Virus record (IMG/VR): IMGVR_UViG_3300025646_000055
Span: 1-53,608 of that record
Strand: one strand, 5' to 3'
Length of the DNA stretch: 53,608 bases
Source of the DNA: a virus
Lineage: Duplodnaviria; Caudoviricetes
Below the pieces are notes generated by a model, which saw only the letters and a program-made list of their open reading frames with translations, did no database searches and was not told the origin of the DNA. Position numbers and translations under genes: made by a program. Positions 8,694 through 14,352 of the stretch are shown one piece after another; position 1 is the stretch's first letter, and each line of letters opens with the position of its first letter.

Positions 8694-8780
8694 GGAGGCG
8701 TGGCAGAGTGGTCGATTGCACCGGTCTTGAAAACCGGAGGTCGCGAAAGCGGCCCGTAGGTTCGAATCCTACCGCCTCCG
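8694..8780 (+). tRNA. tRNA-Ser(TGA)
   Basis: Cloverleaf with long variable arm, loop CTTGAAA, G73. Confidence 0.95.
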
Positions 8781-8786
8781 CAATGA

Positions 8787-8879
8787 AATGAATGTGCCGA
8801 CATAATGGCGGTATTGGTGCAACTCCAATTAGTCAGTGAAAAAACGAGCCACAAGTAGTTCAAACCTACCACATTCATT
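8787..8879 (+). ncRNA. tRNA-like RNA with extended acceptor stem and 4-bp T stem
   Basis: AATGAATGTG/CACATTCATT; ATTGG-TGCAACT-CCAAT; GTAG-TTCAAAC-CTAC. Confidence 0.5.
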
Positions 8880-8885
8880 AATTAT

Positions 8886-8959
8886 TGTCCTGTCGTATAA
8901 TGGGAGTACATCTGATTTTGGTTCAGAGAATGGAGGTTCGAATCCTTCCGGGACAACCA
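8886..8959 (+). tRNA. tRNA-Gln(TTG), CCA encoded
   Basis: Cloverleaf, loop TTTTGGT. Confidence 0.92.
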
Positions 8960-8961
8960 AT

Positions 8962-9055
8962 TCTTAAACTGATGGAGCCCGAAAGGGAACGTAGAAGCGG
9001 TAGGATAAATTTGCAAAGAGGCCTACAACGTTTGCAACTCAAATTTGGTTTAAGA
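8962..9055 (+). ncRNA. unassigned structured RNA with probable pseudoknot
   Basis: Closing TCTTAAACT/GGTTTAAGA; CCC-GAAA-GGG; GTAGG/CCTAC pairs into the loop of the TTGCAAA/TTTGCAA hairpin. Confidence 0.5.
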
Positions 9056-9259
9056 CTTCTAAAAGTTACTTGTAACGATAGAAACCCGCGAGATGAGTTC
9101 ATCTCTCCTAACTCTCACTTAATTGTGATTAAAACACGCGAGATAATGGTTAGGATTTCAGAACTCCGTTACATTTAACCAGGCTAGACTGATTAACTGC
9201 AGTAAAGGTTTAGAATGATGCCCTCGGATGCTGCCGCACCTATGGGTAGTTTTAGAAGT
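9055..9259 (+). ncRNA. unassigned ~205-nt multibranch RNA
   Basis: ACTTCTAAAA/TTTTAGAAGT closing helix; TGTAACG/CGTTACA; TCCTAACT/GGTTAGGA. Confidence 0.5.
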
Positions 9260-9268
9260 AAAATATAT

Positions 9269-9344
9269 TGCGATGGCGGTACAGAGACGTTCTCATGAGA
9301 CGTATTGGGTAGCTCCCCTCCGAGGTTCGATTCCTCAATCGCAA
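9269..9344 (+). tRNA. aberrant tRNA(CAT): reduced D arm, long variable arm
   Basis: TGCGAT/ATCGCA; ACGTT-CTCATGA-GACGT; GAGG-TTCGATT-CCTC. Confidence 0.55.
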
Positions 9345-9374
9345 CAAATCTTGCAAGACTAGGTTGATAACCTT

Positions 9375-9444
9375 GTATAAGTCGTCTAAATATGTAGGAC
9401 ACCGGCGGGGTCGGAGATTTGGGTTCGAGTCCCATTCTTATACA
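9375..9444 (+). ncRNA. tRNA-like RNA with collapsed anticodon loop
   Basis: GTATAAG/CTTATAC; D and T arms present; CCGGC-GGG-GTCGG. Confidence 0.6.
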
Positions 9445-9458
9445 AAACAATCAAATTT

Positions 9459-9531
9459 GACTTCGTAGCTTAGCAGGTAGAGCACTCCGCTTTTAACGGA
9501 GGGGTCGTGAGTTCGAGTCTCACCGGGGTCA
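9459..9531 (+). tRNA. tRNA-Lys(TTT)
   Basis: Cloverleaf, loop CTTTTAA. Confidence 0.93.
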
Positions 9532-9648
9532 CAAGCTGTTCTGCATCAGAAGTGCTGGTTAGTGAAACACCTAATCGATGAGCCCATCAAAATGTGAGTG
9601 GTTTTTTACTGTGGCGGTTTCCACTCAAATTAAAAACACAGCCCACCT

Positions 9649-9731
9649 GCCCGAGTGTTGGAATTGGTAGACAAAGCGGTCTTAGAAACCGTGGCCTTAA
9701 TGGCTTGAGAGTTCGAGTCTCTCCTTGGGTA
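9649..9731 (+). tRNA. tRNA-Leu(TAG)
   Basis: Cloverleaf with variable arm, loop CTTAGAA. Confidence 0.93.
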
Positions 9732-9831
9732 CAATTGTTAAAGCAGTTATAGTAAAGAACACGTGATAACTTTACTATAAGCGGTACATATGTAAAAGAA
9801 AACTGCTGGATGTGCCGAACAGTTAGAATTT

Positions 9832-9919
9832 AGTCAGGTGGCGTAATTGGTAACGTAGGTGGTTCAATTCCACAATACCCATGGTTAGAGTGTTACAGGT
9901 TCGAATCCTGTCCTGACTA
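9832..9919 (+). ncRNA. AGTCAGG family copy 3 (possible Leu-CAA)
   Basis: Same acceptor and T arm; GTGG-TTCAATT-CCAC gives a CAA anticodon in a 4-bp stem. Confidence 0.7.
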
Positions 9920-9999
9920 CCTAGCCTTTGTTTGGGGCAAGCGCTCGTACACGTTGCGGGCAAGTCAATACTAAACACACACAGCTGGGAAGACAGCGG

Positions 10000-10108
10000 A
10001 GTCAGGTGGTGGAATTGGCAGACACAAACCCTTTAAGGCGCCAGGGGTTGTAACAGATGAGTTCTCATCCAATAGTGCAGATTACAGGTTCGAATCCTGT
10101 CCTGACTA
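10000..10108 (+). ncRNA. AGTCAGG family copy 4
   Basis: Same acceptor and T arm; enlarged anticodon and variable arms. Confidence 0.75.
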
Positions 10109-10114
10109 CAAAAT

Positions 10115-10262
10115 GTTGGTATCCAAGTGGGTGAAGTAGGGGATATACATTTAAATAAAACACGAACGGTGAAAATATGGAATCGGCCGATAAACATAGA
10201 AGTAACAACGAAGCCCGTGACACCAAGTAGATGCCTCCACGTGGCGGTGTTGGATAACCAAC
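10115..10262 (+). ncRNA. unassigned ~150-nt RNA
   Basis: GTTGGTATCCAA/TTGGATAACCAAC closing helix. Confidence 0.45.
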
Positions 10263-10280
10263 CAAATCTACGATTAAAAT

Positions 10281-10377
10281 AGTCAGGTGGCGGAATTGGT
10301 AGACGCTTTTAGGGATTAACTCACCAGAGGGTTGTATCTGTTATGGATACGTACAGGTTCAAATCCTGTCCTGACTA
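10281..10377 (+). ncRNA. AGTCAGG family copy 5
   Basis: Same acceptor, D and T arms; irregular anticodon arm; GTATC/GATAC variable arm. Confidence 0.75.
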
Positions 10378-10381
10378 CAAT

Positions 10382-10456
10382 GCACCTTTAGCTCAGTTGG
10401 TTCAGAGCGTTACCCTTACAAGGTAGATGTCGGTGGTTCGAATCCATCAAGGTGCA
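10382..10456 (+). tRNA. tRNA-Val(TAC)
   Basis: Cloverleaf, loop CTTACAA. Confidence 0.93.
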
Positions 10457-10467
10457 CAATTTATTCA

Positions 10468-10537
10468 ACCTTTAGTCGAAGTGGCTTAAGACAATCGGCG
10501 GGAGCCGATAAAACATGGGTTCGAATCCCATAAGGTA
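10468..10537 (+). ncRNA. tRNA-like RNA with a GNRA tetraloop in place of the anticodon loop
   Basis: ATCGGC-GGGA-GCCGAT; ATGGG-TTCGAAT-CCCAT; short acceptor ACCTT/AAGGT. Confidence 0.6.
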
Positions 10538-10607
10538 AAAAGCACAACCTGTTTCCGGTTAATGTGAAATAGAATAAAGGTAAAACAACCAGAGTCGACG
10601 CTGGTTG

Positions 10608-10706
10608 GACCGAGTGGTGAAATTGGTAAACACAAAGGGTGCAGAGCCCTTGGAAGTGGAATGACGTCTGAAGCTTCTGTTGTAGGTTCGAGTCCTACCT
10701 TGGTCA
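10608..10706 (+). tRNA. atypical tRNA-Leu(CAG): G33, very long variable arm
   Basis: GACCGAG/CTTGGTC; AAGGG-TGCAGAG-CCCTT. Confidence 0.6.
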
Positions 10707-10713
10707 CTATTAT

Positions 10714-10796
10714 TGGAGTGTTGAGCAATTGGTTGGCTCGGCAGACTGTAAATCTGTTGCCTTACGGCCTTGGGGGTTCGAGTCCCTCCGCTCCAA
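10714..10796 (+). tRNA. tRNA-Tyr(GTA)
   Basis: Cloverleaf, loop CTGTAAA. Confidence 0.92.
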
Positions 10797-10845
10797 CAAA
10801 TCTTAGGAGTAATTAACCTAAGACTGACAGGTTCGAAACTGTCGA

Positions 10846-10942
10846 TTGATAGTAGTGTAGTGGGCACACTGCTCCCGGGGCGCTCGGTAAAATGAGGCTG
10901 TCCAGGAGCGGGGGTAAAGAGGTTCGAATCCTCCCATATCAA
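10846..10942 (+). ncRNA. tRNA-like RNA with ~45-nt extended anticodon arm
   Basis: TTGATA/TATCAA; GTGT/ACAC D stem; GCTCC...GGAGC long arm; GAGG-TTCGAAT-CCTC. Confidence 0.55.
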
Positions 10943-11110
10943 CTAAGGCTTTAGTCTATCCGAGACGCTAGTAAGGTTGGAGGATAAAGGTGGACGGCAA
11001 TCCACACACTTTTGAATTTGATACACTAGAAGTAGACTCGCCTCTTTGCCGAGAGGTGTTAAAAAATGGTTTCGTGGGCGAGTTTCCATCACAAAAAGCC
11101 GGCCCACCAT

Positions 11111-11184
11111 ACATTGGTAGCTCAATTGGATAGAGCACTTCACTACGGATGAAGGGGTTGAGGGTTCGAGTCCTTCCCAATGTA
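11111..11184 (+). tRNA. tRNA-Arg(ACG)
   Basis: Cloverleaf, loop CTACGGA. Confidence 0.93.
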
Positions 11185-11188
11185 CAAA

Positions 11189-11292
11189 GTTCTATTTGGT
11201 GTAATTAGGCAACACTTCGGTTCGAATCCGAATGCTTTATACAATAAAGTAACAGAGAGGTTGGATGTGGGTTCGAGTCCCACAATAGAACG
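11189..11292 (+). tRNA. atypical tRNA-Ser(CGA)-like with oversized variable region
   Basis: GTTCTATT/AATAGAAC; TTCGG-TTCGAAT-CCGAA. Confidence 0.55.
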
Positions 11293-11297
11293 AGTTT

Positions 11298-11370
11298 GGT
11301 ACTGTAGCTCAGTTGGTAGAGCACCTGATTGAAGCTCAGGGTGTCAGCAGTTCGAATCTGTTCAGTACCA
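11298..11370 (+). tRNA. tRNA-Phe(GAA)
   Basis: Cloverleaf, loop TTGAAGC. Confidence 0.92.
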
Positions 11371-11377
11371 CTTTTAT

Positions 11378-11450
11378 ACATCTATGGTGTTAACGGTTAG
11401 CATGATGGTCTCCAAAACCAGAGGTAAGGGTTCGAATCCTTTTAGATGTG
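11378..11450 (+). tRNA. tRNA-Trp(CCA)
   Basis: Cloverleaf, loop CTCCAAA. Confidence 0.9.
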
Positions 11451-11456
11451 CAATAT

Positions 11457-11528
11457 TCCCCTTTAGCTCAGCGGTAGAGCAGAGAGCTGTTAACTCTAAG
11501 GTCGTTGGTTCGAATCCAGCAAGGGGAG
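11457..11528 (+). tRNA. tRNA-Asn(GTT)
   Basis: Cloverleaf, loop CTGTTAA. Confidence 0.93.
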
Positions 11529-11530
11529 CA

Positions 11531-11612
11531 AATACTTTTGGAAAAGTTGGCACTAGCACCACAGTTGCAAATGTAGGACTAGGTGTAGGTTCGAATCCTA
11601 CTATGAAGTGTT
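11531..11612 (+). pseudogene. degenerate tRNA-like remnant
   Basis: Intact T arm GTAGG-TTCGAAT-CCTAC; poor acceptor and D arms. Confidence 0.4.
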
Positions 11613-11672
11613 TACCACCGAGATGCTGCCGAGCTGAGGAGGTGGTTAAGAAATATCCCTAAATACGGACCA

Positions 11673-11746
11673 CGGTGTGTGGCCAAGATGGTTAAGGCAC
11701 CTCGCTGATAACGAGGAAATCGGAGGTTCAAATCCTCCCTCACCGA
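11673..11746 (+). tRNA. tRNA-Ile(GAT)
   Basis: Cloverleaf, loop CTGATAA. Confidence 0.9.
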
Positions 11747-11779
11747 CTCGTGTAAGAGCACTGTGCTCTAACATAACCT

Positions 11780-11853
11780 GGCGAGGTAGCTCAGTTGGTT
11801 AGAGCGTTGGAGTCATAACCCAAAGGTCATAGGTTCGATTCCTATTCTCGCTA
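11780..11853 (+). tRNA. tRNA-Met(CAT), elongator type
   Basis: GGCGAGG/TCTCGCT; loop GTCATAA. Confidence 0.85.
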
Positions 11854-11865
11854 CAAATAACTTTC

Positions 11866-12045
11866 CGCGACATGGAGAAGTGGGCAAGTTTTGATTTAAG
11901 TAATCAGAGTACTTTGGTTTCTTAAGAAAGGATTAGATTTTAAATGGTGGTGGAGTACTACACCTAATGGAAGTTACTAATCTTAGAAACGTATCTCGCC
12001 GGGGGCATGACCCGGAGATCGTAGGTTCGAATCCTACTGTCGCAA
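11866..12045 (+). tRNA. initiator-type tRNA-fMet(CAT) with ~108-nt D-loop insertion
   Basis: C1:A72 mismatch; CCGGG/CCCGG anticodon stem; loop GGCATGA; D stem GAGA/TCTC split by insert ~11884-11991. Confidence 0.75.
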
Positions 12046-12047
12046 CT

Positions 12048-12264
12048 AAAAGAACAACCTATCGCTCTACGGAGAGGAAACTCAGGACGGCACTGCTTAA
12101 GGTAGGAGATTCAAATTATAGGACCTGGATGTTGCCTATAATCCCTGAATCTCTTATACTACCGAGGCCGCAACACAAAACAGTCTATAAGGGTGAGCAG
12201 CTTGGATAAGGTAGTGGCAACAAGGTAAATGATAGGATAAACAGAATCCTGGTTATGTTCTTTT
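12048..12264 (+). ncRNA. rnpB: compact RNase P RNA-like gene
   Basis: P1 AAAAGAACA/TGTTCTTTT; P2 CCTATC/GATAGG; CR-I GAGGAAACTCAGGA; CR-V ACAGAATCCTGGTTA; CR-II/III-like GCAACACAAAAC and GGGTGAG. Confidence 0.8.
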
Positions 12265-12270
12265 AAATAT

Positions 12271-12346
12271 GGTGTCTGTAGTGTTAGTGGAATAAGCACG
12301 TCAGTTTGTGGTTCTGATAGGATGAGTTCGAATCTCATCAGACACA
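12271..12346 (+). tRNA. tRNA-His(GTG), G-1 encoded, A73
   Basis: Cloverleaf, loop TTGTGGT. Confidence 0.88.
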
Positions 12347-12351
12347 CTAAG

Positions 12352-12471
12352 AAGAGGCAGTTCAAGCTGTAGTTGAGAGGTAGAGTGTATTAATGTCTGA
12401 AAAAGGGTTTATAGTAGGATGGCGTCACTCATTGCACTCAACCAGAAACCCTGCAACACACGGAGCCTCTT
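12352..12471 (+). ncRNA. unassigned pseudoknotted RNA
   Basis: AAGAGGC/GCCTCTT closing helix; interleaved GTTGAG/CTCAAC and AGGGTTT/AAACCCT. Confidence 0.5.
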
Positions 12472-12480
12472 TTTTTTTAT

Positions 12481-12551
12481 GGTTCTTTGACCGAGTGGTT
12501 AGGTGAAGGTCTGCAAAACCTTTTACATTGGTTCGAATCCAATAAGAACCT
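12481..12551 (+). tRNA. tRNA-Cys(GCA)
   Basis: Cloverleaf, loop CTGCAAA, U73. Confidence 0.93.
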
Positions 12552-12564
12552 CAATTATTAATTT

Positions 12565-12648
12565 GGAGAGTAACCCTTGATGGTGATAGGGCTTGCCTGC
12601 TAAGCAATGTGTACATTCGTGTATATGGTTCGAATCCATTGCTCTCCG
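12565..12648 (+). tRNA. tRNA-Ser(GCT)
   Basis: Cloverleaf with variable arm, loop CTGCTAA. Confidence 0.88.
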
Positions 12649-12664
12649 CTAAAAAGGATAAGTC

Positions 12665-13120
12665 ATGAAAATATTTAAACGAGTTAACGGACAAAAGGTT
12701 ACGGATATTGTTGAATATACAATTGATATTATCCGTAAAGACCCATATGTAGAAATACATATAGGAACAGATTCTCAAAGTGAAGGTGAATGGACAACTT
12801 ATGTTACAGCTATTGCATATAGATTTGGTACAAGAGGTGTTCATTATATTTACCACAAAGAACGAGTTCCAAGAATACGTGATAGATACACTAAACTATT
12901 TAAAGAAGCTGAATTAACAATTGAATTAGCTGAATGGTTTACTAAGCGTGTTAAGAGTGTAAGAATAGAATTAGATTTTGATTACAATAAAGATGAAAGA
13001 TATTGGTCTCAAAAATTAATTAGTTCTACAGTAGGTTGGGCACAGGCTTTAGGATACAAAGTTAATGTGAAACCAGTTAAACAAATTGCTACAAGAGCAG
13101 CAGATTATCATTGTAGATAA
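12665..13120 (+). CDS. RNase H-like YkuK/DUF458-family protein
   Basis: IHIGTDSQ...L.KEAELT...IELDFD...KP...ATRAAD. Confidence 0.8.
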   Translation: MKIFKRVNGQKVTDIVEYTIDIIRKDPYVEIHIGTDSQSEGEWTTYVTAIAYRFGTRGVHYIYHKERVPRIRDRYTKLFKEAELTIELAEWFTKRVKSVRIELDFDYNKDERYWSQKLISSTVGWAQALGYKVNVKPVKQIATRAADYHCR

Positions 13121-13132
13121 TTTAAAAAAAAC

Positions 13133-13163
13133 TTGGATATTTAAGATATTGTTCGTATATTTA
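13133..13163 (+). promoter_or_regulatory. sigma-A-type promoter; boxA-like GTTCTTTGAAAT at 13311-13322
   Basis: TTGG-N19-TATATTTA. Confidence 0.75.
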
Positions 13164-13169
13164 CATATA

Positions 13170-13301
13170 ATGAAAAACAAAGAAAAAACTAAAGAAAAAA
13201 AAGAAGATTTTGGATATTTTGATAGGTATAAAAATCAAAATAACCCCAAAACTAAAAAAGAAACATTAGAAATTAGTTTATTTTCTAGATATAAAGATTA
13301 A
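13170..13301 (+). CDS. small Lys-rich peptide (43 aa)
   Basis: ATG a few nt after the promoter core; ends in a CTAGATA/TATCTAG hairpin. Confidence 0.45.
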   Translation: MKNKEKTKEKKEDFGYFDRYKNQNNPKTKKETLEISLFSRYKD

Positions 13302-13337
13302 TTTATCTAGGTTCTTTGAAATCTTGAAAAAACCAAT

Positions 13338-13410
13338 GCTTCCATGGTGTAACGGATGAGCACAAGGCCCTTCTAAGGCTTTAGTTTAGGTTCGAATCCT
13401 AATGGAAGTA
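13338..13410 (+). tRNA. tRNA-Arg(TCT)
   Basis: Cloverleaf, loop CTTCTAA. Confidence 0.92.
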
Positions 13411-13562
13411 CAGCTGTTATCTGAACTAGCACTAGGACGATAACTACCATCAGAGGAAGCTAGTCTCATGGATGGTCCTGTGGGTTGTGACCAGTACACA
13501 TAAAAAGACTCCCACCAAATAGAGTAGGTGACTGCGTTTTTGCATAAAGCTCTATTATTTAT

Positions 13563-13636
13563 CGCCCGTTCGTCTAGCGGTCTAGGACATCGCCCTTTCA
13601 CGGCGAAGATCACGAGTTCGAATCTCGTACGGGTGA
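13563..13636 (+). tRNA. tRNA-Glu(TTC)
   Basis: Cloverleaf, loop CTTTCAC. Confidence 0.93.
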
Positions 13637-13645
13637 CTATAACAT

Positions 13646-13733
13646 AGCAAGGATGAAGGCTGGTGGTGATGCCTCAGTAGTCTCATAAGCTACTACCTCA
13701 ATGAGGGTGCGGGTTCGATTCCCGCCCATGCAA
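13646..13733 (+). tRNA. atypical tRNA(CAT) with long D and variable arms
   Basis: AGTAGT-CTCATAA-GCTACT; CCTC/GAGG variable arm; mismatched acceptor. Confidence 0.6.
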
Positions 13734-13738
13734 CTAAT

Positions 13739-13823
13739 GCACTTGTGGTGAAATTGGTAGACACGCGGGACTTAAAATCCCGTCTCTATTGCAGAGGTGC
13801 CAGTTCGAGTCTGGCCAGGTGCA
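13739..13823 (+). tRNA. tRNA-Leu(TAA)
   Basis: Cloverleaf, loop CTTAAAA. Confidence 0.93.
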
Positions 13824-13831
13824 CATATATT

Positions 13832-13904
13832 GGTCCTATGGTTGAATGGCTACAATGCCACCCTGTCACGGTGCGCGGTACGGGTTCGAATCCCGTTAGG
13901 ACCG
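13832..13904 (+). tRNA. tRNA-Asp(GTC)
   Basis: Cloverleaf, loop CTGTCAC. Confidence 0.9.
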
Positions 13905-14033
13905 CAACTTAATACCGAATCGCGTTAAAGGTGAAGTAGATAACGTGTGGTGAGTTTGGAAGGTCTCACATAAAACAAAACCAAAACCTTAAGTCTACCA
14001 CGAAGAGGTGTTATCGGTGACCTCTTCATTTAT

Positions 14034-14107
14034 GGGCTGGAATGTTCCAAGGCTGGCGAATCTCCCTTGCACGGAGATTGTGGTGAGTTCGATTCTCACC
14101 TGGTCCA
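14034..14107 (+). tRNA. tRNA-Ala(TGC)
   Basis: G3:U70, loop CTTGCAC. Confidence 0.85.
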
Positions 14108-14200
14108 CATAAAAGTTGCGCAGTACGCGATTGACCGGAGTGTTTGAGACGTCCTTCCTCCAAGGCATCGATGGGTAACCAATCCCTTCCACTTTTATAC

Positions 14201-14272
14201 GCGGATGTAGTATAGTGGCTATTATGCCTGATTTCCAATCAGGAGATGTGAGTTCGATTCTCTCTATCCGCT
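14201..14272 (+). tRNA. tRNA-Gly(TCC)
   Basis: Cloverleaf, loop TTTCCAA, U73. Confidence 0.9.
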
Positions 14273-14277
14273 CAAAA

Positions 14278-14350
14278 GCGAGATTAGCTCATTTGGTAGA
14301 GCGTCTGCTTGCCAAGCAGAAGGTGGTCGGTTCGAATCCGATATCTCGCT
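14278..14350 (+). tRNA. tRNA-Gly(GCC)
   Basis: Cloverleaf, loop TTGCCAA. Confidence 0.93.
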
Positions 14351-14352
14351 CA

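Noticed and set aside
8969-8992. Hammerhead ribozyme (CTGATG...GAAA)
   Set aside because: The core is CTGATGG rather than CTGANGA, and GAAA is a hairpin loop rather than the junction strand.
37-10377. AGTCAGG repeats as a CRISPR array
   Set aside because: The repeats are tRNA arms, dispersed and irregularly spaced. There is no cas operon; the 39593 nuclease sits in a replication context.
12256-12268. boxA-like TGTTCTTTTAAAT
   Set aside because: Explained as the 3' strand of RNase P helix P1; no promoter lies upstream.
12375-12460. Lysine or SAM riboswitch (GAGAGGTAGAG...)
   Set aside because: The remaining conserved elements are absent and it precedes a tRNA, not a metabolic gene.
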